DNA of 63,779 bases, filler included, from Octopus bimaculoides (lineage: Eukaryota), in the NCBI RefSeq assembly GCF_001194135.2. It is 6 parts of 6 records of this genome, joined end to end, with 100 filler letters (N's around TTAATTAATTAA, not from the genome) between each part and the next. Parts side by side here need not be neighbours in the genome. Positions count along the whole stretch, not along the records: positions 1 to 31,970 come from NC_069003.1; positions 32,071 to 40,449 come from NC_068987.1; 4 more parts are not named here. One strand, 5' to 3'. The translations under genes were made by a program, and so were the position numbers. Below the pieces are notes generated by a model that was not told where the DNA came from, ran no database searches, and worked only from the letters and a program-made list of their open reading frames with translations. Below, piece after piece: positions 23,938 to 36,449 of the stretch (position 1 is the first letter of the stretch; each line of letters starts with the position of its first letter).

Positions 23938-25754
23938 TGTTACTCTAATTAGTAAAAGACCTTAGATTAGCATAGATTTTTCCACCATCTTCAAGTTTTT
24001 ATCTTTTGGCGAATGTACATAGAAGATACCAACAAAATAGTGGTGCATTTGTTTGTTTGGAAGTTTTGGTACAGGACCAGCGAAGATTTTAAATAAAAGG
24101 AGAAATTAACATGTAGTAGAGACTGCATTGCTACGATCTCGTTATGATTAATCCATATGGGAGTTGTCTTTCTTGAATTTTCATTTGATTTTAAGCAGCC
24201 CCCAGGGGAAATTTCTTCAAAAAATTACTTGAATCATCAGAGTCGCTCGAAATGTTTTAGCTTTTTTAAAGACCACTGTATCTATATTTGGTATGTAGGA
24301 CACGACTCTGATGTGTTTCCCTAAGCAGTAATTATGTAAATAAAGATACACGCAAGTTAAATACAAACATAAAAATCTATACTGGACAAGACGAGAAGTA
24401 AATCTCAATGATAGATTTAACATATGCCACACAAACCGAATAAATACTATCATGGCCACCCTCTGCTCATCAGCCGACGATAAGATTTCCGTCATCTTAC
24501 CTCCCACTCAGGCTTTCTTATTCTTGAACAGAAAATTCATAATAACCGTACGAAACGTTTACTAAAAGTGGTGGAGGTGTCGATGCCCGTTCTTTGTAAT
24601 GTTTGCTATATCCTTTGCATTCTGGTGAGTCAGCTGACAAATCCGCTTCGTATTACGCGTTTTAACTACAAGCAGAAGAAATTGGTGTTTTGCAGACTTC
24701 TTAATTCCTTTTTCACACTTTCGATATTTCAATATTCTGAATATGAAACGTGAAACAACTTTCTATGATATTTTGTTTAAAATCCATTTTTTTTTTCTCA
24801 CGTTCAGCATTGAACGTCCAATATTCGCACCCGAAGAATGAAGTTGAAATTAATATTGCTCTTAAAAGAAACGTATTTTTTCTTGTTTTTGTGCAATCAT
24901 TTTTTTAGTATTCCAATCATGATCTAATGGTGCTAAACCTTCTGTAGCTGCAGGAATCAGACTTTTTTTAAATTTCATTTCTTCATCTCACACCATCCGT
25001 TATTGTACTTCGCACGTAATAAAATCGATTTGATTTGAGCGTCTTCCTGGAAATCGAAACTTGTCTGAGTATCTTCGTTGCCTTTTACATTTTATTGACT
25101 ATTTGCTCTTCATTTCCCATTTCATTCTGTTTTTTTCTCTCTTTCACTCTCTCTCTCTCTCTCTTCTTGCATAAATGACAAAACACATCCGTATGTAACA
25201 TGTGCTGCATATTGCCAAGTAATATTTGTAAAGAAAAGAGTCGCAGCGTTGATTTGTTTGAAGGAATACAAAGACGCTCTATCGTCTGGCGAACGGACAT
25301 GTTGCAACCGGTCTCCACGTTTTCTCTCGATGCTACACTTGCTTCTGAAATCACGCCCGCTGCAATGAGATGACTGTACACAGCATTTTGGAAACTGGCA
25401 AAATGGCACGACGGACAGGACATAGAACTTGTCCTAATGAATTTTCTATCTGGAAGAGGAGTCGAGGATTAATCCACTCGCGTACGCACAGAAAAGAATG
25501 CATGTAGATAGAGAGTGAGATACATAAAGGAAGAGAGCGATAGAGACATTAGAACACCTGATGTTAAATAAACTATTTTCGAATAAGTGACGCTAATTGG
25601 ACGGTGCCAATAGTGTTATGTCTTCTCGACTCATATTCCATCTCTGCAAAGACAAACCCGATTCGTATTTGTCACCAACCAGTAAACTCAGTTCATTCTG
25701 CCCAAAAGGAATTTATCTAAAATTTCTTTCGTATATATGTTATTTTCCTTGCAG

Positions 25755-25813
25755 CCGTAACCTTGCAACTGTCCAGGTGGAACGTTCACCGCATCGTTCT
25801 CACCAGTCAAAGA
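25755..25813 (+). CDS. candidate 59-bp internal exon
   Basis: GTTATTTTCCTTGCAG acceptor and AGA|GTAAGG donor; two open frames (RNLATVQVERSPHRSHQSK or VTLQLSRWNVHRIVLTSQR); no homology recognised. Confidence 0.3.
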
Positions 25814-26884
25814 GTAAGGGAGAAAAACTTGGATATTTTCCCTTCCTCTACAGCACAGGAAGAAGGGGAAAAAGAACATGAAAATCTAATGAAAAATAAA
25901 TATTGCAGATATGTTTGAGTAGAAAGATCAAAAGCTGCAAAATCAAAACATGACAATAATTTAAAGGTGGAAATGATAAAATTATTGATAGCTCCGTATA
26001 GTTATGGAGCAATGAAAGACCTTCCCAATTGTGAAACGTAACGATATGATAAGAACAACTATAAATCATAAACCTACTGGAATAGAAAGACACCTGAATA
26101 TTATGGGGAGAAATGAAATAATCGATGTAGCAGCGGTAGAATTGTCAAAGGACTGTGTCTGTTTGAAAGAGTGTGTGGGGTGGGGGTGTTCCCTTCACTA
26201 TTTCTTGTACGGGAACATGTTAACGGAAGAATAAATAGTGGAAAACAAACATAGGAAGAATAAAATAAAATAAAATAAAATAAAATAAGATAAAATATAT
26301 CACAATCCTTAATGCAATCAGTAAGGAAAAAAAATAAATGAAAAGAGAAAATTCAAGAGAAAGACAATGTAAATAAATATTAAAAAATAGCATTTAAGAG
26401 AGATAACGGAATCAAAGAAGGACCGAAAGAAAATATATTCATAAAATCGCACAGAATCCATCGCTATGAGAAACGATTACGATGGCTTGAACAAAAGGAA
26501 CGGTTTTGAATTCATTTCAAAAATGATATTAACAAGAACAATGTAAAAACGAAACAAAAAAAAACTGAGGAAGTTTTAACATGAAGGAAAGTAAATTATT
26601 TTCGAGAGAAATATCGATATCTGATGGATCACCATGAGTTAGGATGTTAAACATTAACGCGTGAGTAGATCAATTATTCAAATTAAAACGAACGAAGAAT
26701 AAGCTCGATTTCGACTGATTACGAACAAATTGAAAGCACCAGGGAAATACTAGATTTACAAACTTTTGCCAAATTTATATTACAGAAACCCACAAATTGC
26801 TTATGAATATAACAAAGCTTACATAACTGATGCAGTACCAAATTAGAATAGTCATCTATTTATTATACGTGCGTGTTTATAAGC

Positions 26885-27170
26885 ACGAGGCTTAGTGGTT
26901 AGGTTATACGGCTCACGATCTTAGTAAAGTTGGTTTGATTCCTAGCAGCAAGCTGTGTCCTTCGGAATTACATTTTATTCCGTTTCTCGAGTTCACTCAG
27001 CTGGTAAAACATGAATTGTACCTGTAATTAAAAGAGTCGGCCTTGTCACATTCTGTGTCACACTAAACTTCCCTGACAGCTACGTTACGGTTTACGGGTG
27101 GCTGCGGAGTTCTCAGCGACGAGCATATAAATTTCACACGTAGGTCGTTCCACCAATCGGATCGACTCTC
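26885..27170 (+). mobile_element. SINE family F
   Basis: AGTGGTTAGG...TTTGATTCC...GGCCTTGTCACATTCTGTGTCAC...AATTTCAC, similar to 11545-11842. Confidence 0.7.
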
Positions 27171-27232
27171 AGTATGTGTATGTACATGTATGTGTATGTA
27201 CATGTATGTGTGTGTATATACATATATATGTA

Positions 27233-27286
<54 letters not shown>

Positions 27287-27315
27287 GATATATATGCATA
27301 CATCTACACACACAC

Positions 27316-27346
<31 letters not shown>

Positions 27347-29499
27347 ATGAGAGAGAGAGAATGTACTTTTGCGCAACCTTTCATTATATACGTACGCAAT
27401 AACACGACGAACTCTATTCGTATTAATTCGTAAACATTAACTAAAAACCTTTTGAAAGATACAAATTGAAAACAACTATGAAAAATGACAAATAAACGAA
27501 TAAACCTTGTCTTTATTGTGACATGGTATGATAAGACGATAGTATTTCGTGTAGCAATAACAGACAACGTAGGTAATTTGCAATTCCATCAATGATATAA
27601 ACACTGCTTCGGGCTACTATTTAAAAATAGATATAGTATTGGCTGTATTAAAAGCAGAGCAGTGCAGCGAACCTCTTTCTCAATCTATTTTCACAAATCT
27701 AAGCAAATAATAAAAGAATTGTTGCTTGTAGGTGCACCAGAAATGCAAATGAAATACTCTGCTATATTTATGATACTTCTAAATATCTGCGATAAACCTT
27801 CGAGGTACATAGAACTCATTTACAATCTAAAGTAAAATTCTATTTCTCCAACGATATCGAACTTGAGAAAAGAAATTTAACAGTGCAAAACACAGGAATA
27901 TATGTGTATGATGAATACGCGATTAAGAAAACGAAGAGAAAATTTACAGCACAAACAAAGATGGCCCCAAAGATATGGGTCGACAGGTACAGAATGTGAA
28001 ATATTAGCACGTCTATCAGCAATATAGAATTCAGAGTATTATCTACAGCATCAAACATGGCTCTAGAGCAGTCTGATATATATATATATATATATATACA
28101 TACAAACAAACACACGCACATGTATATATATAAGTAATAATTATCGTTTCTTATTAGGAAACAAATTAGTTTTTTTACAGGAGTGCAAAGATAAGTTAAT
28201 TGACACAGGAATAAAAATTATTAGTTACAGAATAAAAGCATTACATTTGGGTCAACGACTCAACATAAAACAGTCCCCTCAATAAACGGTCATAGATAAG
28301 AAATACATCAAAGTCCACAAATACATAAGAAAATATATATAAGAAATAAAATACAACATAAAACACACAATGTAAAAATTTATATACATATATTTTTTTT
28401 CTACTAATAACATACAAATAAATAAAATTTGAATTAAAAATATAACACAATATATATATTTTTTTTATAATTCCAATTCGAATATAATTAAGCGATTAAA
28501 AATTCAAAATAGACAAATTAGGCAAAATAGAATAAGATAAAATGAAGTAAAATAAAATACTATAATAGTCCACCGGCTAAAATACTATATCTGATGACAA
28601 AACTTTAAAATTACAAAAAACTTTAAAATAATTTAACATCATTTAAATTATATTAGAAAGTCCTGTACTGACCTCAAGGTCCACGTAATTATAGCAGACT
28701 TCCACAGGTAAAATCCGTCTTTGCCCACCAAACATACAAAAGTTCATAAAAACCACTTGTCAAAAACATAGGTCAAAACACACACAAGCACCTATGGCCA
28801 TTTCAAGGGTTCACCACCGTAGTCCATACACGTCATAGCGCAATCAGGTGATGACCCCCACTTCAAGGTAACAGTTACAAACCTACATCAAGACGTGCAA
28901 AAGAAATTATTTTTTTGTATATGACAGGCTTATATAGTCAAGAGGGAAAACCTAGTCCACGTCATGAATAAAAAAATTCAAATTGGCTGTAGTAACTAAT
29001 GTAATTATCCAGGTTTCAAATCACCTTAACGCAGAGAAATAATCTTATTTATATCTCTGTTTTCTATTTTTATTTTTATTTCTCTATATCTTCCAGAAAG
29101 TGGAGGAAAACCTATGATTGCAGAAGGGGATCACTTCAGGGAATTTATTTAAAGTTTTTCGGCCCAAACAACCTAAGTATAGCGAGGGATTCCCTAATAC
29201 ACAATAGACATTTGCTAATATTTGCTCTAAAATAAGGGCCTCTCGATACACTCGACCATTCAAGAGAGTATTTCTTATTTTTTCTTCTTAAGGTCGTGCA
29301 CATAGGACGCGAGAGTTGTGCAGTCGTATTACTTTTTATTTGAAAATTAACTCAAACGTGCTCTATATCTTGCTTTAAAATCTATCGTACTTCCTATATA
29401 GAACTTATTTGAACGATGTTAAATTATTTTAAAGTTTTTTGTCATTTTAAAGTTTTGTCATGAGATATTGTATTTTGTCCCCCCCCCCCACCACCACCA

Positions 29500-29692
29500 C
29501 CACCATCGTTCAACAACCGCTGTAGGTGTGTTTACGTCCCCGCAACTTAGCGGTTCTGCAAAATTGACTGACCGATGGAGTAGGTACCAGGCTTCCAAAG
29601 TATAAGTCCTGGATTCGATTTCCTCGACCAAGAGGCGGTGTCCTACCATGGTCGCAGTCAAATGACTGAAACAAGTAAAAGAATAAAAAAAG
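29500..29692 (+). mobile_element. SINE family A, 3' half
   Basis: GGTGTGTTTACGTCCCCGCAACTTAGCGGTTC...GCAGTCAAATGACTGAAACAAGTAAAAG matches 54945-55085. Confidence 0.85.
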
Positions 29693-30674
29693 ATATATAT
29701 ATATATATATATAAGCAAATATGATTTAAAAGTTTTTCGTGGTGGAAGGGGTGTTATTCTTTTACAGCATTTGGTAACCGTGACAATATAGCTTAAACTT
29801 GAACTTCTTGGTTATTGGAGATATGAACATTGATCTTACATGTTAATATTTGCTGGATGTAGTGTTTTATGGAGCTGCGTTTCACTACCGAAGCACTTCA
29901 TTTCTTGCATTTTAAAATGTTTCTGAAGAGATCCCTCTTTCGCCATCTCCTCAATAATTGCGTTCTTGTTTTTCTGTATATGAAAATGGGGGAAAAATGC
30001 TTTCTATAAAATTTCAATTCAGACGTAATCAGATTTTTTTTCTAACTTTCAATATTTCACATCCATTATTCACACCCATAGAAAAGAGATGGAATTAATA
30101 ACCCTCTTAAAAAAAAAAAATCTATATATATATATAAAGCGAAACGTTCTTGTTAGTGCAATCATTACTATTTTTCGAAACATTTAGCAAACGCTGATGC
30201 AACATCTGCGTTACAGCGTTTTCTTCGCTGTTTGATCTCAACAACATTTGTTATTGTACTTCACAACTATTAAAATTTATCAACTGGTATAAAAATTCTT
30301 CCCTTCTATTCAAATTGGATTGTCTATTATGTTTCATTTTCCCATTTATTATCACATTGTTGTTGCTGCTTAAACACCTATTTCCATTCCATTTTGTCGT
30401 GTACAAATAACAGAACGCCATCAAATAGAAACTAGGACGACTATAGACTATTATCAAAGAATTGCTAAAGCTTAGCTGCATCACCTGCATCAATGCTTAA
30501 CAGGACGTTGCATACTAACATACATCGACCACTACACGAAACACACGCACCGTTTACTCTCTGTCACTTCCACCCATACTACAGTACTTGTTCTCACTTG
30601 CAGCGGCATTCACACGGTCTAGGTTGAACAGGCTCCGACCAAAGATTCACCACGTCTCTCACGAATACTTTTCT

Positions 30675-30820
30675 ACTCTAGGCACAAGCCCCGTAATTTT
30701 GGAGGTGGAGGCCAGTCGATCAGATCGACCTCAGTACGCCAATACAACTTAATTTATCGACCCCGAAAGGATGAAAGGCAAAGTCCAACTCGGCGGAATT
30801 TGAACTCAGAACGTATAGAC
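30675..30820 (-). mobile_element. SINE family B
   Basis: TTCTACTCTAGGCACAAG...TTTATCGACCCCGAAAGGATGAAAGGCAAAGTC...GAATTTGAACTCAGAACG. Confidence 0.85.
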
Positions 30821-30834
30821 AGAATAAATGCCAA

Positions 30835-31970
30835 TTTCTTTATTACCCACAAGGGGCTAAACTCAGATGGGACAATACACACATGCTGGGACAATTAACA
30901 CATGATCGAATGGAACAATGAAATTAAACAATGATGATGGGACGGCCACCCCAACCCCACCCCGGGGCGGCCGCGTTATTTCAATTATTTCAACAGTTCT
31001 TAATAGTTCCTTTCACAGTCTTCGATAGTTCTTTTCAAAATTATCTCAATAATTTATCCAAAATAAAACTACTCACCATTTTATATAATCTTTTATTTCC
31101 TCGTAGTTCACCACTGGAGCGTTGGGTTTGAAATTCACCTCGGGCCCCAGTGGGTTCATATCTGTAGGGAAAGCCTCTTTTAATTTTTAATACTTTTCTT
31201 TTTCTATTAAAATCCATCTCGCCTCCTTATCGCAACGGTCCGAGAGGTTCCACTTTGACAATGTCTTTTATTTTGGATATCTTCTCTATGTTTTTGTGTG
31301 TATCGATATGACATCAAATATATGCTGTTCCTATGTACCTCCTGTGTTTGTATGTCTGTTCGTTTTTGTTTTTGTGATTCTATACTACCATGCGTCTGTT
31401 CTTCTATATTTCTTTGTAACTGTATATCTGTGTGTTTATATGTCTGTGGTTCTGCATGTTTGTGTGACTGTAAGTTTGCATGTTGTATTTGTTTGTCTGT
31501 GTTTTCAGTTTCTGTGCTTTTAGGTTTCTGCAACTCTGCGTTATCTTCTTCGCTTCCGAGTGTATGTATGTCTGTGTGTGTGTTTATGCATCTGTGTATG
31601 TCTGTCTGTGCGATTGTGAGACTATGTTTCTGTAGTATTGTTCTGCTGCTATTATTTTCTTTCCTCAGTGATCCCACTTGATCCTGTGATTTGTATTTTT
31701 CACCGGTTCGACTTTCGGCGATGAGCTCCTCCTTTCTCTCTTCCTTGATTTAGCTTCCTCAAAATCAGCTTTCTGCTCCTCTTCCTGTGACTGTTTCCTC
31801 TCCTCTATCACGCCTTCTTGCGTTTCCATTTCTTTGTTTTCCATTATTTCTGGGCGCCTTCTTCTAATGTGACCTCTTTTGCCACATTCGTAGCACTTTG
31901 GAGGTCTCCCCTCCAACATTATGTCCAGTTTGTCCTCGTTAGGCAGCTCCAGTGTCTCCGGTATGTCACT
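30835..31970 (-). mobile_element. heavily deleted LINE (L1/Tx1-like): ORF1 zinc-knuckle fragment plus 3' end
   Basis: LEGRPPKCYECGKRGHIRRRRP (CX2CX4H knuckle, last Cys lost) followed by a charged linker (31665-31919); GGGTAATAAAGAAAT polyA-signal end at ~30835; low-complexity insert at 31260-31690; cut by a gap at 31971. Confidence 0.6.
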
Positions 31971-32070
31971 NNNNNNNNNNNNNNNNNNNNNNNNNNNNNN
32001 NNNNNNNNNNNNNNTTAATTAATTAANNNNNNNNNNNNNNNNNNNNNNNNNNNNNNNNNNNNNNNNNNNN
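31971..32070. other. artificial contig-join spacer N44-TTAATTAATTAA-N44
   Basis: Exactly 100 bp; identical blocks at 40450, 53430, 58695 and 62323. Confidence 0.95.
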
Positions 32071-32148
<78 letters not shown>

Positions 32149-32183
32149 TATACGTTTTAATAACTGACCAAAGAAACAGATAA

Positions 32184-32215
<32 letters not shown>

Positions 32216-32870
32216 ATGCACACACTGATTTGTATGACGTTCTACCTTTGCAGACGACACATTACGTGTGCTCCATTGGAATATTAAAATAAAATGGGAG
32301 GTTCATTTAGCAATGATGAAATTGCTTTATGAATTACTGGTGAAAGGATATCGATATAATCGGGTGTATTCATTCGTGACAAATCAATGTATGACCTGAA
32401 ATTTATCTTAGTCAAAAATTGTTATTGATGTAGCTGTTATTTTTGTTATTGTTATTGTCATTATTTTTGTTTAACGCCCGGTCAGTTCTAATGGAGTAAA
32501 CTTATAATCAAAGTGTTCTAACCGTATCTCTTGTCTGTTTTTTTTTAAAATTATATATCAAGGTCATCTACTGTATCTATGCGACCCTCAGTTATTTCTC
32601 AAATCACTGCTCATAGTGATTTGATGGATATTTAGCTTTTATTTGTAATATGATGAGCAAATTACATAGATGCTTCAAGTCGGTTCATTTTGTTGTTGTT
32701 GTTGTTGTTATTGAGCTTCGACTCAATACTATTTATGGCGACCTATAATCAAAGGTACTTCTAACCGTAACCATTCAGTATTCTTGATGCCTTCATCCTC
32801 TGCGACCATCTATATTAGTTAATCAATCAATCGCAGTTTATTTATTTCACGACGCTCATCTCCCAGTGTA

Positions 32871-32949
32871 GTCATTGTTACCATTGTCATCATCATCATC
32901 ACAATCATTTTCATCATCATCGTCCTTGTCATCGTCCTCGTTGCCGTCG

Positions 32950-32980
<31 letters not shown>

Positions 32981-33084
32981 CATCATCATCCTCATCATCA
33001 TCCTCATCATCATCCTCATCATCATCACCATCGTCATCGTCGTCGTCGTCGTCGTCATCATCATCACCATCGTCATCGTCGTCG

Positions 33085-33119
<35 letters not shown>

Positions 33120-33135
33120 GTCATCATCGTCGTCG

Positions 33136-33189
<54 letters not shown>

Positions 33190-33262
33190 CCATCATCATC
33201 ATCATCGTTTCCACTGTCGTCGTTATCGTCTTAATCGCCATTATTATTATTATCATTATCAT
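32871..33262. repeat. compound trinucleotide repeat (CAT/CGT/CCT/CAC)n
   Basis: Direct inspection; source of the poly-Ser and poly-Met ORFs. Confidence 0.97.
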
Positions 33263-33378
33263 TTTCCGACTGAATTGCATCTTATTTCATCTTCCGACTG
33301 GGGTGGTTACCAGTTTAAAATTTACATTCTGGTTCCTGTTATTCACAAATATTTGTATAATTTTTACTTTTCTTTTAG

Positions 33379-33423
33379 AGATGCAACAACTGATGAGTCA
33401 GATGCTGAGAATACCACGATGAG
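33379..33423 (+). CDS. candidate 45-bp internal exon, phase 2-2 (DATTDESDAENTTM)
   Basis: TTTTTACTTTTCTTTTAG acceptor, GAG|GTGGGT donor, frame-preserving length, only one open frame; joins in frame to 40067-40140. Confidence 0.5.
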
Positions 33424-33849
33424 GTGGGTAGTTTCTTTCCCTTTGCGCAACATAACAATATCCAGTCAATTTGCTATGATTTCCGTGTTTGTGTAGATTA
33501 ACATGTCCCAAAACATGGTTAAATTATACTGAAGAACACAGAATTAAGGTATTAAATCTGTTTTCTAGGCAAATTTTGGTTGCTCATTCTAAACAGGCCT
33601 TCAGTTTTTCTCTAGCAGCTTTGGTTATCGAGATGTTATACTCCAAATTCTTATGCACATAACGATCGGGCACAAAGATTGATAACTACAAATCATACTT
33701 GTTCCCTTTTGGATAAAAAAAAATTGCTTCATATTAGAAGAGTATGATTATTCATGTTTAAATTACATCCATAGAATCGGATGATTGTGAAACAAGGGTA
33801 GAAAGTTATCATTGATCCGAAGTTCATTTACTCAGGCGTCTCACGAAGG

Positions 33850-34860
33850 CGGCGTGATGAACTGTTCCAGGACAATCACGTTGAATGACCCAGAAATACT
33901 CCGCCACTATATGGCTATCTCAGTGTCCCCGGGATATTTTTTTCCATAGATCTTAAATATTGGTGGAATCACTCACCCTGTTCATCTCTTAGGTCACCGA
34001 GGTTACTAAGAGAACAATCAAAATGGCTGTGGAGGTAATATATTTTGATGCTCATATTAGAACTAAGTTGGCGGAAAGAAGAGAACATGTTTTCCACTAG
34101 TTCAGAGTAGTCATCTGCTTTATGGTTTTCAAGAAACTTTCTCACTATAAGAGTGAACGAACATCATGCATCTGCTTCAGCAATGTTCATTAAATCTTGT
34201 GGATCTCTCATGAGTTCCTCGATTTCAGCTTCTCCATGCTCAGCGCTGGAAATTTTCTGAATATGTAGTTAAAGCAATCCTCTTCTTTGTTGAAAGCCTT
34301 CACAGACTATTTCATTAAACTTACTTTGCTGTGCAGTGGTGGTAAAATGATCTGATCTGTATCAACCAACGGTTCAGTGATTACATTCTTTTCTCCCACG
34401 ACCATTGTTTTCTCACCCAGTGTTCAACCTTAGATCTACTATCTCATAAACAAAGCAAGAATACTTGGTGTATCTACTCTGCTGACCCAGGAGACAATTC
34501 ACCATCTTAAGATTCACACAGATTATCTATTGGTGATCGTAATATATCTCCAGTAAGACCCAGGCGACTATTTCCTACTGCTTAGTCATCTTAGTTGAGT
34601 AACCAGCTGGATTTGATCCATATTTGTTGCTATTGTTTAGAAGCACATATTTTAAGCCCGGCTTAGAGCTACCTAAAAATAACCGCCATTCACTTGGTAC
34701 ACATTTTGATATACCCAACTTATCAACAAGCATTGAACATCGTCGCAAGAAACAAAATCATTTTTCTCCAAGAACTTCAGTAAATTTAGTTCTCTGTTGT
34801 GATAAGAGCACATTTATTGATATGTACATCATCTCAAAAACTAGAGCTGCTAGAAGCAAA
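33850..34860 (-). pseudogene. DNA transposon transposase remnant, Chapaev3 (CMC)-like
   Basis: Minus-strand pieces EWRLFLGSSKPGLKYVLLNNSNKYGS, DHQ*IICVNLKMVNCLLGQQSRYTKYSC, GEKNVITEPLVDTDQIILPPLH, FPALSMEKLK, FLENHKADDYSELVE, NMSIKIYYLHSH...LGDLRDEQGE*FHQ; the family name is recalled from these motifs, not searched. Confidence 0.7.
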
Positions 34861-35311
34861 TGAAGGTCATATTCTTATTCAGTGTCGTGAATATATTCAG
34901 AATCTGGGACGACAATTCTTTAAAAGAAAAAACTGTTGCCCAGTGTTACCTACATTTCTTGGTGCATATTTATATGATCCAGTTTTCGTCAGTATTTAAA
35001 TATAGATTTCGGTGTATAAAAGCTATGACTCAGTTATGCCTGTATGTCACTTTATTTTGTTTGAGACTGGACAGCCAAACATTCCAGTGTAGCGATGTCA
35101 AAATAATTCAAAGTTAAACTGAATAATTCAGAATAGACATCGTAAAAGAGCTTTGATGAAAATTGAACTCAAGTTCGGCACATTATTATATAACCATTAT
35201 GTTTTAGCTAATGATCTAACAACTCATTAAAAGGTTACATGGCCGTTCCATTTTCATGCATGTGTGTTTCGTAATTGCAAAAGCTTCATATTAACACAAT
35301 ATATATAAGCA

Positions 35312-35460
35312 CAAACAGCTGTGTGGTTGAGAAGCTTGCTAATTAACTATGTGGTTATGAGTACAGTCCTGCTACACAGCACCATGGACAAGTGTCTTCG
35401 TGATATGGATAAGTCTTGTTAGTGAATTAGGTAGACGGAAACCAAATGAAACCCGTCGTA
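35312..35460 (+). mobile_element. SINE family A, 5' half, running into (TA)n and a gap
   Basis: GCTGTGTGGTTGAGAAGCTTGCT...CAAGTGTCTTC...GTAGACGGAAACCAAATGAAACCCGTCGTATATA. Confidence 0.8.
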
Positions 35461-35877
35461 TATATATATATATATATATATATATNNNNNNNNNNNNNNN
35501 NNNNNNNNNNNNNNNNNNNNNNNNNNNNNNNNNNNNNNNNNNNNNNNNNNNNNNNNNNNNNNNNNNNNNNNNNNNNNNNNNNNNNNNNNNNNNNNNNNNN
35601 NNNNNNNNNNNNNNNNNNNNNNNNNNNNNNNNNNNAAACTGAGCCTCAGTATGGCAGCCAGCCAAGTACTAAAACAAGATAATAGATGGAAGGGAATCTT
35701 CAAAGATTCAAAGAAATAATAAGAACCAGTTTTAATCCCGAGAAGAATAGCATCAAGAAAAAAGAGCAACAAATTTTTTTAGTCTGAGTCGGTCTTTCGA
35801 AGATAGTAGTTTTCTTTTCAGAAGTAACTAGATCTGTAAATGGAAATGAACTAAGGCAGTTAGAATTACGTATATAT

Positions 35878-36116
35878 TTGAGAAATGCATGCTGGTTCCT
35901 CCATATGATATCCATTTACTTTAACCGATACACGGTATTGTACATAATAAATCGTTTGAGAAATGCATGCTGGTTCCTCCATGATATCCTTTACTTTAAC
36001 AGTTACACGGTATTGTACATAATAAATCATTTGAGAAATGCATGCTGGTTCCTCCATATGATATCCATTGACTTTAACAGATACACAGTATTGTACATAA
36101 ATCATTTGAGAGAAAT
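35878..36116. repeat. ~75-78-bp minisatellite, left part (3 units plus the start of a 4th)
   Basis: AGAAATGCATGCTGGTTCCTCCAT...CTTTAAC.GATACAC..TATTGTACATAA recurs at 35881, 35959 and 36034; truncated at 36111-36116. Confidence 0.95.
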
Positions 36117-36401
36117 TGTCGTGCGTGGGAGATGAAAAGAGGTTCACCTACCTTCCTCTTTCGTGTGCGCCTGTCTGGTAGTAGTCACTCCAGTGATCCT
36201 GCCCTACTCTGTCACCCAGTATAAGCAGCTGCTATCTGACCAACCCGGGAGCAAATTCCCTGACGTCCGTTCACGATGCTTCGGCCAGCCAAGAGGCCGG
36301 CCCCTTCCTGTCTCCCCCGCACCTCCCTTCTTACGCTTCCTCTTCCGGTCAGTCCCTTGACCATTGACGCCATGGTCCTCTTCTTCCGGCTCATCCCCAC
36401 A
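36117..36401 (-). repeat. 3' LTR (285 bp)
   Basis: TGTCGTGCGTGGGAG...CATCCCCACA; aligns to 39656-39905 with about 15 substitutions in the first ~145 bp and a ~35-bp indel. Confidence 0.95.
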
Positions 36402-36449
36402 CGCCCCCCCCCTCTGATCTCAAAGCTCACCTCCTCACTTCACTCCACG

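Noticed and set aside
29096-29150. Strong acceptor (TATCTTCCAG) with a short open frame SGGKPMIAEGDHFREFI*
   Set aside because: No convincing donor and an early stop; cannot be linked to the other candidate exons.
32819-33280. Poly-Met (minus) and poly-Ser (plus) ORFs
   Set aside because: Fully explained by the trinucleotide repeat, which lacks stops by composition.
33391-33412. CTGATGAG as a hammerhead core
   Set aside because: No stem II and no GAAA; better explained as codons T-D-E of the candidate exon.
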